Assembly (NCBI GenBank): GCA_964479835.1
Contig: CAYZRE010000001.1
Span: 31,630 to 95,629 of the forward strand
DNA: 64,000 nucleotides
Origin: an uncultured Candidatus Saccharibacteria bacterium
GTDB lineage: Bacteria > Patescibacteriota > Minisyncoccia > 2-02-FULL-40-12 > GWA2-44-9
Direction of reading: 5' to 3'
Of the stretch, positions 16,485 through 26,798 are shown in pieces. A program made the position numbers and the translations under genes. The notes beneath the pieces are model-generated. The model was not told where the DNA came from. It was given only the letters and a program-made list of their open reading frames with translations, and ran no database searches. Every line of letters starts with the position of its first letter. Positions within the stretch are counted from its first letter, which is position 1.

Positions 16485-17890
16485 CAGACACAGGCTACAC
16501 CATAGCATCAGCGCGCGAGGCATTCGCTTCGGGGAATCTGACGCCCGAGCGCCTCTTCGAACACTATCGGGGGCGCGTCGGCGAGCGCAACGAGGAGCTT
16601 AATGCGTTTCGTAATACTGATTTTTCGTTTGTGCAACGCGAGCTCGACACCTCGGTTCTCACGGGGATTCCGTATGCTCTGAAAGACAACATGCTCGTTG
16701 CGGGCACCGTCGCAACCGGCGGTTCTCGAATTTTGGAGCATTATGTCTCGGCGTACGATTCCACTGTCTTTACCAAACTCGATACTGCAGGTGCGCAATT
16801 GTTGGGAAAAACAAACATGGATGAATTTGCGATGGGAAGTTCGGGGGAGAACAGCGCCTATGGCGTTGTCCGCAATCCGTGCGACACGACTCGGGTGCCT
16901 GGCGGCAGTTCGGCCGGTTCCGCGGCCGCGGTGGCCGGTGACCTGTGTGTTTTTGCGCTTGGCTCTGACACTGGCGGTTCTATCAGGCAGCCCGCCGCGA
17001 TGTGCGGCGTTGTCGGTCTCAAGCCCACCTATGGGCGCGTTTCGCGCCACGGCCTGATGGCCATGGCTTCTTCGCTGGACCAGATCGGCCCCCTGACAAA
17101 AACAGTCCGCGACAGCGCACTGGTGTTGAGCGCTATCGCAGGACATGATGTGTTTGATTCCACGACTGTGCCGCGCGATGTTCCGGACTATATTGAGACA
17201 CTTGAACAGGACATTACCGGATTACGCGTCGGCGTGCTTGCCGAGCATTTCGGAGAGGGTTTGGCACCGGAGGTCAAAGAGCGTGTGGAAGAGGCAATCG
17301 CGATATTGAAAAAACGCGGAGCAGTTATCACGCCTATTTCGCTTCCGCACAGCGCGTATGCATTGGCGGTCTACTATATCGTTCAGCCCTGTGAAGTTTC
17401 GGCGAATTTGTCGCGGTATGACGGCATCCGCTACGGATATTACGCGCGTACTGCGGAAAATCTGTTGGAGGTATACACGAAAAGTCGCGCACAGGGACTG
17501 GGCGCCGAATCCCTACGGCGCATTATGCTGGGCACCTACGCGTTATCGGCAGGTTACTTTGATGCGTACTATCTCAAAGCACAGAAAGTCCGTGCACTCA
17601 TCCGGCAGGACTTCGACCGTGCATTCGAGAAGGTGGATATTATTGCCGGCCCCACGACGCCTACCGTTGCCTTCACGATAGGGGAGAAATCAGACGACCC
17701 ACTAGCCATGTACCTCTCCGACATCTACACGGTGCCGGTGAACCTTGCAGGCGTGCCCGCAATTTCTGTGCCCTGCGGAGTCGGTGCACAGTCTGGCCTG
17801 CCGGTCGGCCTGCAACTCATCGGTGATATGTTTCAAGAAGCGACGATATTGCGCGCGGCGTGGCATGTCGAGCAAGGACTTCAACGATAG
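16481..17890 (+). CDS. gatA: Asp-tRNA(Asn)/Glu-tRNA(Gln) amidotransferase subunit A
   Basis: Amidase signature GGSSGGSAAAVA. 469 aa. Confidence 0.9.
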   Translation: MTDTGYTIASAREAFASGNLTPERLFEHYRGRVGERNEELNAFRNTDFSFVQRELDTSVLTGIPYALKDNMLVAGTVATGGSRILEHYVSAYDSTVFTKLDTAGAQLLGKTNMDEFAMGSSGENSAYGVVRNPCDTTRVPGGSSAGSAAAVAGDLCVFALGSDTGGSIRQPAAMCGVVGLKPTYGRVSRHGLMAMASSLDQIGPLTKTVRDSALVLSAIAGHDVFDSTTVPRDVPDYIETLEQDITGLRVGVLAEHFGEGLAPEVKERVEEAIAILKKRGAVITPISLPHSAYALAVYYIVQPCEVSANLSRYDGIRYGYYARTAENLLEVYTKSRAQGLGAESLRRIMLGTYALSAGYFDAYYLKAQKVRALIRQDFDRAFEKVDIIAGPTTPTVAFTIGEKSDDPLAMYLSDIYTVPVNLAGVPAISVPCGVGAQSGLPVGLQLIGDMFQEATILRAAWHVEQGLQR

Positions 17891-18499
17891 ATGATGTTCT
17901 ACGAAAATATTCCCACAATTGTCAACTCAACAGTGCAGGCGCTCTACCAGGGCGTGTATAGGCCCTGGGATATACTGTCTCCCGCGCGACTGTTTGATTT
18001 TGTACAGACAAACAACCAGGTTGCCAGTATCAAGGTGCTTCTGTCGCAGGTCTCACTGGTGCTGTCTGCGGTGTTTACGCTGTTTATTGTCTTTGTCATG
18101 ATGCAAAAGCGTGTGCTCAAGGCGCAACAGGAACCGACGACAACCACATCGTCCGCACGAGGCACCACAGAAGTGCCGGCCGGCATCCTGCGCAACCGAT
18201 GGAACGAGCTTTGTAAACATTTGGAGTCTACGCACGAAGCCCAATGGAAGATGGCAGTCATCGAAGCGGACAAACTGGTTGATGATGCGCTGGTAAAATC
18301 GGGATTCCCGGGGGATACTTTCGGCGACCGTTTGAGCAATATCCAGCCGGGTACATTACTATCGCTGGATGGTATTTGGTGGGCGCACAAGGTACGCAAT
18401 CGACTTGCGCACGAGGTCGACTATTTTTTGCGGTATACCGAAGCACGTCAGGCTATCGGATACTTCGAGGCCGCGCTCTCTGAACTAAAACTTATTTGA
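17891..18499 (+). CDS. hypothetical membrane protein (202 aa)
   Basis: One TM (VSLVLSAVFTLFIVFVMM), Thr-rich linker, C-terminal helical domain. Confidence 0.4.
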   Translation: MMFYENIPTIVNSTVQALYQGVYRPWDILSPARLFDFVQTNNQVASIKVLLSQVSLVLSAVFTLFIVFVMMQKRVLKAQQEPTTTTSSARGTTEVPAGILRNRWNELCKHLESTHEAQWKMAVIEADKLVDDALVKSGFPGDTFGDRLSNIQPGTLLSLDGIWWAHKVRNRLAHEVDYFLRYTEARQAIGYFEAALSELKLI

Positions 18500-20322
18500 C
18501 GATGTTCCGAATATTCCGCGCACAATCGCCGATGCACAGAGCCCTTATCGGGACAGCTGTTGTTGTGATTGCGATATTCATCGCATCGGGGGCAGACGCT
18601 TGGTATTTCTCAAATCGCATTGTGTCGCGGACGTGGGTTGGCAGTGTTGCGGTAGGCGGCATGACGCGCGACCGGGCTGCGGCAAGCATTCAGGAAGCGG
18701 TCGACACGCTCGATACTGAGGGCATCCTACTTTCCGTCGAAGGCTCACCAGAGGTCATTGTACCTGATAGTATCGCACTCGATCTGAATTTAAGCGAAGC
18801 AATCGATGGCGCGTTTCTGCGAGGGCATGAAGGAGGAGCACTGAAACAGACATGGCAGCGGGTGTCCGCGTTATGGTCACCGCAACATTTCGATGCGCCC
18901 GTGCGTATCGACGAAGGGGCTTTGCGTGTTCAGATTTCCGAAGTTGCCAATGCCACTGATTTTGAACGAAGTGATATCAGATTGCAGGTTATCGCTGCTA
19001 AGGTTGCGTTGTTGACCGACACGAAGCCCGGTCGCGCCATCGATCAGAATGAAACTTTCAATCTTATCCAAAACTCTCTGCGGAGACTGGACCATGAGCC
19101 GATTGTTCTGCAATTACATGATGATATACCCCGTGCCGACGCGGTAAAAGCGCAGTCAGCGGTGATGACCGCTCAAAAAATGATTTCTCGCTCACTATTA
19201 CTTCGGTACGAAGATATTCAGTTTTTCATCAGTCGCGAACGGCTTGGCTCATGGGTGATATCCGAATATGACGGTGACCAACTCAGACCGGGCCTGAATC
19301 GGGGAACAATCAGTATTTATGTGACGACTGTTGCCGATGCGCTTAATATTGCCTCGGAACCTCCGCAGATCACCACGCAGGACGGCCGCGTCACGGGATT
19401 CATGCCTTCGAAGGTCGGCCGTTCAGTGGAGGAAGACAAGCTGACGGATATGATTGTCGATGCGGTTACCGCCCGTATCGGAACCGATAAAGTCGGTGAC
19501 ACGCTCGTCGTCCCGCTGAAGTCAACCAGATTGGCACTTATCGGCTTGGACACAGCTTCGGGTATTACCGAGATTATCGGCAAGGCGACCACGACATTTG
19601 CCGGAAGCCCGAGGAACCGTATCTCCAACATCAAGAACGGGGTCAAATTCCTTTCCGGTGCGGTCATACAGCCGGGGGATGAATTCTCGGCCCTGGCGAC
19701 CCTGGGGACCATCGATAACACGACAGGTTACCTTCCCGAGTTGGTCATCAAAGGGGACCGTACAATCCCTGAATTCGGTGGGGGATTGTGTCAGGTATCA
19801 ACGACGCTCTTCCGCGCCGTCATGGATACCGGTCTCCCTATTACGGCACGGCGGAACCACAGCTTTCGCGTCTCGTACTACGAAAAAGACGGCAATGGGG
19901 TGTTTATCGGTCCCGGCCTGGACGCCACTATCTATGAACCGAATCCCGATTTCAAGTTCCGCAACGATATGAGCACACCCGTGCTCATCATTGGCTATGT
20001 CATCGGCGATAAGGTCTCGTTCGAGCTCTATGGCACGGGCGACGGGCGGACCAGTCAGATTATCGGTCCCACGCTGCTGACCACAATACCCGCAGGCGAG
20101 CCGGAATACATCGAAACACTCGACTTGGCACCCGGAGTGATTAAGCAGGTAGAGGTTCCGCACCCGGGCGGCTCCACGAAAGCGACCTACATTATTAAAT
20201 ATGCTGACGGCCGTACGGTGCCGCAGGAGTTCTTGAGCTGGTATCGTCGCTGGCCTGCCAAGTATCTCAAAGGGGTGGCAGTGTTGTCTTCTCCGACCCC
20301 GATCCCGACCCCTGCGCCGTAA
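18496..20322 (+). CDS. VanW domain-containing membrane-anchored protein
   Basis: N-terminal TM. VanW core FGGGLCQVSTTLFRAVMDTGLPI...RNHSF. C-terminal Pro/Thr tail PTPIPTPAP. Confidence 0.7.
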   Translation: MTMFRIFRAQSPMHRALIGTAVVVIAIFIASGADAWYFSNRIVSRTWVGSVAVGGMTRDRAAASIQEAVDTLDTEGILLSVEGSPEVIVPDSIALDLNLSEAIDGAFLRGHEGGALKQTWQRVSALWSPQHFDAPVRIDEGALRVQISEVANATDFERSDIRLQVIAAKVALLTDTKPGRAIDQNETFNLIQNSLRRLDHEPIVLQLHDDIPRADAVKAQSAVMTAQKMISRSLLLRYEDIQFFISRERLGSWVISEYDGDQLRPGLNRGTISIYVTTVADALNIASEPPQITTQDGRVTGFMPSKVGRSVEEDKLTDMIVDAVTARIGTDKVGDTLVVPLKSTRLALIGLDTASGITEIIGKATTTFAGSPRNRISNIKNGVKFLSGAVIQPGDEFSALATLGTIDNTTGYLPELVIKGDRTIPEFGGGLCQVSTTLFRAVMDTGLPITARRNHSFRVSYYEKDGNGVFIGPGLDATIYEPNPDFKFRNDMSTPVLIIGYVIGDKVSFELYGTGDGRTSQIIGPTLLTTIPAGEPEYIETLDLAPGVIKQVEVPHPGGSTKATYIIKYADGRTVPQEFLSWYRRWPAKYLKGVAVLSSPTPIPTPAP

Positions 20323-20334
20323 CCACCAAGAACT

Positions 20335-23300
20335 ATGTCCGATTTCAAGGAGCTTGAAGAGCGCATGCTCGCATTCTGGGAAGACAACGATGTCTTCCGA
20401 AAAAGCATGCATCAACACGAAGGACGGAAGCCATTCGTGTTCTTCGAGGGGCCGCCGACAGCCAACGGAAATCCCGGCATCCATCATGTCATCGCGCGCG
20501 TCTTCAAAGACCTCATCAGTCGCTACAAAACAATGCGCGGACACTTTGTATTGCGCAAAGGCGGATGGGATACCCATGGACTACCCGTTGAAATACAAGT
20601 CGAGAAAGAATTGGGATTCAAGAGCAAGAAAGATATCGAAGCGTACGGCATCGCCGCCTATAATGCCAAGTGTCGTCAGTCTGTATGGAAATTCAAGGAA
20701 GAGTGGGAGCGCTTCACGCGCCGCATTGGATACTGGGTAGACCTCCAGAATCCGTATGTGACCTATGAGAATCCGTACATCGAATCGCTCTGGAACATCA
20801 TCGGCCGCATCTGGGACAAGAAGCTACTCTATCAGGCGCACCGTGTCGTTCCATTCTGCACTCGCTGCGGTACGCCGTTGTCCAGTCATGAAGTCGCACA
20901 GGGCTATAAAACGGTCACGGACAATTCGGTGTATCTGAAGTTCAAAGTGAAGAGTTCCAAGCTCAAGCTTCCCAAGAATTCGTTCATTCTGGCATGGACC
21001 ACAACGCCGTGGACATTACCGGGCAACGTCGCACTCGCGGTTGGTCGCGACATCAACTATGTCCTCGCCACATCAAGCGGAGGAGACGAGCATTATATTA
21101 TTGCTGCTGACCTGGCCAATAAAGTACTGGGTGCGCCGCTTGCTATCGAACGCCAGTTCACGGGCCGTGAACTCATCGGCACTTCCTACCAGCCGTTATT
21201 TGCCGTCAAAGCTCTCAAAAAACCGAAGTCATACAAAGTGTATGAGGCCGATTTTGTTTCAACTACTGATGGCACGGGTGTCGTACACACAGCGGTTATG
21301 TACGGTGAGGACGATTATCAGCTGGGCACGAAGCTCGGACTAGTGAAACAGCACACCGTTGATGAACAGGGGAAATTCTTCGGTGTATCGAAAGAGTTGG
21401 ACGGAGCATATGTCAAAGCCGTGAGTACAGAAGCCATTATTCTGGATAAACTGAAAGCTGATAACGCATTACTCACGACTGCTCCCTTCGAGCATGAGTA
21501 TCCGTTTTGCTGGCGTTGTGATACTCCGCTGTTGTATTACGCGAAGGACAGCTGGTTCATCCGCATGAGCGCAATCAATGCTCAACTGCTTGCAAATAAC
21601 GATACGATTAACTGGGTTCCGGAACATCTCAAAGACGGGCGTTTCGGCCAGTGGCTTCGCGAAGGAAAGGATTGGGCGTTTTCTCGTGAGCGCTACTGGG
21701 GTACACCGCTTCCCATTTGGCAGGCCCGCGACAAGAAAGGCAAGGGGACCGGGCAGTGTCTGGTCGCTCACTCAATGGAAGACCTCGACACCTATCGCGG
21801 CGATAAGCCGGCTCACTTCTGGGTGATGCGCCACGGTGAAGCGCGCAAAAATGTGGACCATATCATCGACCAGGGCGAACTTGAGTCGCCGCTGACTGAT
21901 GTCGGCAGAGAGCAGGTAATCAGCGCGGCGCGGGCGCTCAAAAAACAATTATCTTCCGCGCGCACGAAATTGACCGCCGTCATCTCATCACCGATTCAGC
22001 GAACACTGGAGACGGCCGAGATTGCAGCGCAGGAGTTGGGCATAAAGACCATCGTTACCGATGAACGATTGCGCGAAATTAAACTCGGTCCGACACTGGC
22101 CGGATGTCATGACGGTAAGTACCACGAGCTCTACCCGACCTACGAGTCCAAGTTCACCCAGCAGCCGCCCGGGGGTGAGTCACTCGCCGATTTGAGGACC
22201 CGCATGTGGCAGATGCTTACGGAGCTGAACACGAAGTACTCCGGCAAAGATGTTTTGCTGGTCAGCCACGAATATCCCATCTGGATGATGACGGATGCAG
22301 CAAACGCGTGGAACAGGGAGCAGTCCATTACCGAGAAACAGAAACGCGGGAATGATTTTATCGGGTTTGCGTCCGTCGAGCAGCTGGTTGTGCGCAATCT
22401 ACCGCGCGACCCCGCAGGTATGCTGGACCTACACCGACCGTTCATCGACGATATTGTTCTGAAGTATCCCGATAGTTCTGCCAAGCTATATCGCGTGCCG
22501 GAAATTGCCGATGTGTGGTTCGATTCCGGTGCTATGCCCTATGCGCAGTGGCACTGGCCATTTGAGAATGAAAAAGTTTTCCAACAGCAGTTCCCGGCCG
22601 ATTTCATCTCCGAGGCCATCGATCAAACCCGCGGATGGTTCTACACGCTGTTGGCGGTCTCTACATTATTAGGTGACGGTGCACCGTACAAAAATGTACT
22701 GTCTCTGGGGCACATCTTAGATGAGAAGGGTCAGAAGATGTCAAAATCGAAAGGCAATATCGTCATGCCTGACGATGTATTCAGCGCGGTCGGCATTGAC
22801 GCAACGCGTTGGTATTTTTATACGGTAAATGCGCCGGGCGATACAAAGAATTTCTCCATGAAGGAGGTGCGCGAGCGTTTGACCGGTTTTATGATGACAC
22901 TCAACAACTGTCTGCGTTTCTATGAACTGTACCGAGCACAGCACGATACGATTCATCCGGAATTTTCCTCGGAGTCTTCTTCGAACTTGCTGGACAAGTG
23001 GATTGTGTCGCGACTGCGCGAGGTTACCGTGCTGGCGACTGCGCGACTGGACACCTACGATATTACCGTGGCTGCCCGCGAGCTGGAGCGATTCGTCGTA
23101 GACGATTTTAGTCAGTGGTGGCTTCGTCGCAGTCGCAAGCGCAGCGATGCTCTGCCGTTGCTGAGGCATATCCTGCGCTCGTTATCACTACTTCTCGCCC
23201 CGTTTATTCCGTACACAGCCGAGGAGCTGTGGCAGAAGCTCAAGTCGGAAGGGGACCCTCTCTCGGTACACCTTGCCGATTGGCCCGCCACCGGCGACAA

Positions 23301-23811
23301 GACGGCGATTGATGTGCAACTACACCAACAGATGATGCAGGTACGCGAGTACATCAGTGCCGGACTTGCGGCACGCAAAGAAAATCAGATTAAAGTCCGC
23401 CAACCTCTGCAATCAGTGACCGTCCCGGGCAAAAAATTGCACAATGACTTGGAAGATCTTATCCGTGATGAACTCAATGTGAAAGAAGTGAAATATGAAC
23501 CCGGTGCCGCAATTATGCTCGATGTGCACATTGGTACGCAATTGCGCGCGGAAGGATTCGCGCGTGAAGTGATGCGTACCGTGCAGGATATGCGCAAGGA
23601 ATTAGGCTGTCAGGTGACCGACCGCGTGTACTGCCAATGGTTTAGTGAGGATGCAGAAGTCAGCGCTGCGCTTCTTCAGCACGGCGACATGATTGCCCGC
23701 GAGACGGGCCTGTCGGCATTCGTGCATCAGGCCGACGATAAGACGCTTACCATTGAGAAAAACTTCGAGCTTGCTCTCGGTAAAGCTCTTTGGATTGGTA
23801 TCCGAAAATAA
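20335..23811 (+). CDS. ileS: isoleucyl-tRNA synthetase with embedded histidine-phosphatase (PGM-like) domain
   Basis: HIGH variant PPTANGNPGIHHV, KMSKS (KMSKSKGN), WCxRC, GTPLPIW, DVWFDSG. About 250-aa insert carrying RHGE...SPLT...VSHE histidine-phosphatase motifs between GTPLPIW and DVWFDSG. Confidence 0.9.
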   Translation: MSDFKELEERMLAFWEDNDVFRKSMHQHEGRKPFVFFEGPPTANGNPGIHHVIARVFKDLISRYKTMRGHFVLRKGGWDTHGLPVEIQVEKELGFKSKKDIEAYGIAAYNAKCRQSVWKFKEEWERFTRRIGYWVDLQNPYVTYENPYIESLWNIIGRIWDKKLLYQAHRVVPFCTRCGTPLSSHEVAQGYKTVTDNSVYLKFKVKSSKLKLPKNSFILAWTTTPWTLPGNVALAVGRDINYVLATSSGGDEHYIIAADLANKVLGAPLAIERQFTGRELIGTSYQPLFAVKALKKPKSYKVYEADFVSTTDGTGVVHTAVMYGEDDYQLGTKLGLVKQHTVDEQGKFFGVSKELDGAYVKAVSTEAIILDKLKADNALLTTAPFEHEYPFCWRCDTPLLYYAKDSWFIRMSAINAQLLANNDTINWVPEHLKDGRFGQWLREGKDWAFSRERYWGTPLPIWQARDKKGKGTGQCLVAHSMEDLDTYRGDKPAHFWVMRHGEARKNVDHIIDQGELESPLTDVGREQVISAARALKKQLSSARTKLTAVISSPIQRTLETAEIAAQELGIKTIVTDERLREIKLGPTLAGCHDGKYHELYPTYESKFTQQPPGGESLADLRTRMWQMLTELNTKYSGKDVLLVSHEYPIWMMTDAANAWNREQSITEKQKRGNDFIGFASVEQLVVRNLPRDPAGMLDLHRPFIDDIVLKYPDSSAKLYRVPEIADVWFDSGAMPYAQWHWPFENEKVFQQQFPADFISEAIDQTRGWFYTLLAVSTLLGDGAPYKNVLSLGHILDEKGQKMSKSKGNIVMPDDVFSAVGIDATRWYFYTVNAPGDTKNFSMKEVRERLTGFMMTLNNCLRFYELYRAQHDTIHPEFSSESSSNLLDKWIVSRLREVTVLATARLDTYDITVAARELERFVVDDFSQWWLRRSRKRSDALPLLRHILRSLSLLLAPFIPYTAEELWQKLKSEGDPLSVHLADWPATGDKTAIDVQLHQQMMQVREYISAGLAARKENQIKVRQPLQSVTVPGKKLHNDLEDLIRDELNVKEVKYEPGAAIMLDVHIGTQLRAEGFAREVMRTVQDMRKELGCQVTDRVYCQWFSEDAEVSAALLQHGDMIARETGLSAFVHQADDKTLTIEKNFELALGKALWIGIRK

Positions 23812-23813
23812 CT

Positions 23814-24215
23814 ATGACACTAGGCTGGATTTTTCGTTCTGTTTACCGACAGCGGCCATCCGTGGCGCGTGTCCAGTACCTGCGCCATCGGGAAGGTGCT
23901 CGCGAGTTCATTGCGGCGCGTATTGCGTACTGGCAGAGTGTGCAATTATTCGCGGTTGAGCGGGTGAGCATCAAAAATCACAGCCGTATCTGGGGCAGTT
24001 GTTCAAGTCTCGGCAACCTAAATTTTAACTGGCGACTCGTGCATCTTCCGGTAGAGCTTGCCGATTATGTTGTCGTGCACGAATTGTGCCATACCATTGA
24101 ACATAACCACTCGCGCAGCTTCTGGGCGCTTGTGGAAGCTCTGATGCCCGACTGGCGTGTCCGTCGCGCGGCCCTGCGTCACCATCACCCGATGAGTTCA
24201 GTCTATGCCATATAA
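23814..24215 (+). CDS. DUF45/YgjP-like metal-dependent hydrolase (HExxH)
   Basis: HELCHTIEHNHS motif. Start 3 nt after the ileS stop. Confidence 0.5.
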   Translation: MTLGWIFRSVYRQRPSVARVQYLRHREGAREFIAARIAYWQSVQLFAVERVSIKNHSRIWGSCSSLGNLNFNWRLVHLPVELADYVVVHELCHTIEHNHSRSFWALVEALMPDWRVRRAALRHHHPMSSVYAI

Positions 24216-24431
24216 AATAGCAAAACGGACGGGCGCCAGGCCGTGGAAGATTATCAACCTCGACCGTAATGAGGTAGTCGGATCTAGTATGACAAAAAAG
24301 ATTGCCGAGGCGTCGGTACGCGCACGCCTAGCCGGTGAGCACGGGGGACTTGTGCAGCGCAAACGCCGCTAGAATGCATAGAGGGATAAGAGTATACTCT
24401 CAACGGGTACTCGTGATATCATAAAAAGACT

Positions 24432-24986
24432 ATGACAAATCGACACATCATATTTCAGGATCCGCCAGTAGCCCAGTCCATGTTTGGCAGTACGAAGACC
24501 GCATTGTTCTGGTTGGTGGTTCGGTTGTATGTCGGATGGGCGTGGATGGAGTCGGGGTGGGGAAAAATCCACAACGCTGCATGGGTAGGAGATAAAGCGG
24601 GTAGTGCGCTTTCCGGTTTTGTACAGGGCGCACTTGCGAAAGCAAGCGGGCCACACCCTGATGTGCAGAGTTGGTACGCGTGGTTTCTTACACATGCAAT
24701 CCTTCCGAATGCTCCGGCTTGGGGCCATGTCGTCGCATGGGGAGAATTGGCCGTCGGTATTGGGTTAGTGCTCGGCGTACTAACCGGGGTTGCTGCATTC
24801 TTCGGTGCGTTCATGAATCTGAACTTCCTGATGGCCGGCACGGTAAGCGTGAACCCTATATTGGGTATCATGGCGCTTGGCTTGGTGATGGCATGGAAGG
24901 TTGCCGGCTACATCGGCATTGACCGGTGGCTTCTCCCTCTGCTAGGTACGCCGTGGCAGCCGGGGAGAGTGTTCCACGGCAAGTAA
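24432..24986 (+). CDS. DoxX-family membrane protein
   Basis: Four predicted TM helices with a DoxX-like arrangement (FWLVVRLYVGWAWMESGW...). Confidence 0.45.
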   Translation: MTNRHIIFQDPPVAQSMFGSTKTALFWLVVRLYVGWAWMESGWGKIHNAAWVGDKAGSALSGFVQGALAKASGPHPDVQSWYAWFLTHAILPNAPAWGHVVAWGELAVGIGLVLGVLTGVAAFFGAFMNLNFLMAGTVSVNPILGIMALGLVMAWKVAGYIGIDRWLLPLLGTPWQPGRVFHGK

Positions 24987-25009
24987 TTCATTTAACTTTA
25001 TTATCTCCT

Positions 25010-25345
25010 ATGGACGAGATGCGTGTTTCTTCGAAGGGTCCGGAGCATGAAAAGGCGGGACAGGCAGTAGAAGATGTGGGCGCTGATGCAGCGGTGCTTC
25101 TGGATGTCAGGGGTGATGATGAATGGGTTGCTGGTCACGCGAAAGGCGCCACTCATTGGGAATTGGCTCGACTTGAGGCCGGAGAGTTGCCCGATATTCC
25201 GAAAGATGCTCGTGTGTATGTGCATTGTGCTGTAGGTGGACAGGCACAGGCAGCCAAAGAGATACTTACACAGAACGACTGGAACGATGTAACTAATATC
25301 GGTGGTTTGGAAGACTGGGAAAACGCCGGTGGAGAGGTCGAATAG
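25010..25345 (+). CDS. single-domain rhodanese (sulfurtransferase)
   Basis: Active-site loop VHCAVGGQAQ, about 110 aa. Confidence 0.65.
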   Translation: MDEMRVSSKGPEHEKAGQAVEDVGADAAVLLDVRGDDEWVAGHAKGATHWELARLEAGELPDIPKDARVYVHCAVGGQAQAAKEILTQNDWNDVTNIGGLEDWENAGGEVE

Positions 25346-25346
25346 A

Positions 25347-25802
25347 ATGAAAACCGCATTTCTCATCCTCGGGCTCGTGGTTGCACTGTCAGGTGCGGCG
25401 GTGTTCGGGCGCTCTCTGGTGAAGCAACCGACGGCAACTTCGTCAGCCACACCATCACCGTCAGCGACACCGGACCCAATGATTGTTGTTGACGAACCAA
25501 AGCCCGGGGCAGTAATTTCGTCTCCGCTGAAAGTGACCGGTAAGGCGCGCGGTAACTGGTATTTTGAGGCGAGTTTCCCTGTTGTTCTGACGGACTGGGA
25601 CGGCAAGATTATTGCCCAGGTTCCTGCGCAAGCGCAAAGCGATTGGATGACGACCGATTGGGTTGAATTTGAGGCGACGCTCACCTTCACGAATCCCGGC
25701 GCGGTGGTCAGTAGCCGTGGCGCACTGACTCTCCAGAAAGACAACCCATCCGGTTTGCCCGAGTATGACGATTCTCGCGAGATACTTATCTTTTTTAAGT
25801 GA
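25347..25802 (+). CDS. secreted Gmad2-like immunoglobulin-like domain protein
   Basis: Signal peptide MKTAFLILGLVVALSGAAVFG, Ser/Thr/Pro linker, WYFEASFPVVLTDWDGKIIAQVPAQAQSDWMTTDWVEFEATL. Confidence 0.5.
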   Translation: MKTAFLILGLVVALSGAAVFGRSLVKQPTATSSATPSPSATPDPMIVVDEPKPGAVISSPLKVTGKARGNWYFEASFPVVLTDWDGKIIAQVPAQAQSDWMTTDWVEFEATLTFTNPGAVVSSRGALTLQKDNPSGLPEYDDSREILIFFK

Positions 25803-25810
25803 GCATTGAT

Positions 25811-26206
25811 ATGTCGTACCAATCAAGCATTACCCGCGACACGAAGGACAACAGCAACTTCCGCAAAGTCCTTTTTACCGGTCCCCGAAGCCAGTTGGTA
25901 GTGATGGATATCCCGCCCGGCGGTGAGATTGGAAAAGAGACACACGAGCATGTTGAGCAGACGCTTTTTTTCCTGTCCGGCTCGGGTAAGGCGATACTCA
26001 ACGGCGTGGAGTCTTCTGTCGTCGCGGGCGACGCGGTTGTCGTCACGCCCGGCACCGAGCATAACTTTATCAATGACGGTTCGGAGCCATTGAAGATTTA
26101 CACTGTCTATGCGCCACCCAATCATATCGACGGGCGCGTGCACGCGACGAAGGAGGATGCTGACGCTGACACCGCCGATGAAGATTTTGGACACAGTACG
26201 CGCTAA
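25811..26206 (+). CDS. cupin-domain protein
   Basis: Cupin motifs G(D)x5HxH-like (ETHEHVEQTLFFLSGSG ... VVVTPGTEHNF). Start could be GTG at 25799. Confidence 0.5.
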   Translation: MSYQSSITRDTKDNSNFRKVLFTGPRSQLVVMDIPPGGEIGKETHEHVEQTLFFLSGSGKAILNGVESSVVAGDAVVVTPGTEHNFINDGSEPLKIYTVYAPPNHIDGRVHATKEDADADTADEDFGHSTR

Positions 26207-26211
26207 CCGAT

Positions 26212-26787
26212 ATGAACATCGAAGCTACCGTCATTAGGAAGATGCCTATCCGTGAGCACGACCAACTGGTCGTGCTTTACAGCAGGGAAGTAGGTAAGAT
26301 GACCGCCGCCGCCCGCGGTTCGTTGCGCATCCATAGTAAACAGGCGCTTGCGCTTGATGAAGGCAACCTGATCCATTGTGAATTGGTTGACGGTAAAGCA
26401 GGTCCGATTATGACCGGAGCACAAGCGGTTCGTTCATACAGCAGTGCAAAAAGTTCAGTGCTCCGATGGGCGGCGGCGCAGTTTTTCTTGCAGACTATCG
26501 ATGCTCTTGTATACGACGAACAGCCCGATGTCCTTTTATGGTCATGTCTGACCGATACTCTCACCCGACTGGACGAGGCCGCAGACGGTGATGCGCTTTC
26601 GGTATTTCGTCGATGCCAGGGGTCCTTGTTAGAGGTGCTGGGGTACGGCGCACGGAACGAGACGGCAGTGGCATCGGTGCGCATACACCGCGGCGCGATG
26701 GACGAACAATTTGAAGTAATCGCACAGCGCAGACTTACTGCCTTGGATTTGTTCTACGATGTGGCCGCACGCCAATATTCGTGGTAG
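26212..26787 (+). CDS. recO: DNA repair protein RecO (short form)
   Basis: N-terminal OB fold IEATVIRKMPIREHDQLVVLYSREVGKMTAAARG, typical RecO_N. Confidence 0.6.
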   Translation: MNIEATVIRKMPIREHDQLVVLYSREVGKMTAAARGSLRIHSKQALALDEGNLIHCELVDGKAGPIMTGAQAVRSYSSAKSSVLRWAAAQFFLQTIDALVYDEQPDVLLWSCLTDTLTRLDEAADGDALSVFRRCQGSLLEVLGYGARNETAVASVRIHRGAMDEQFEVIAQRRLTALDLFYDVAARQYSW

Positions 26788-26798
26788 AATAAGCAACG

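Noticed and set aside
24289-24372. 27-codon ORF MTKKIAEASVRARLAGEHGGLVQRKRR with an upstream GAGGTAG
   Set aside because: Too short and without a recognisable family. Lies in the doxX promoter region. Reported only here.
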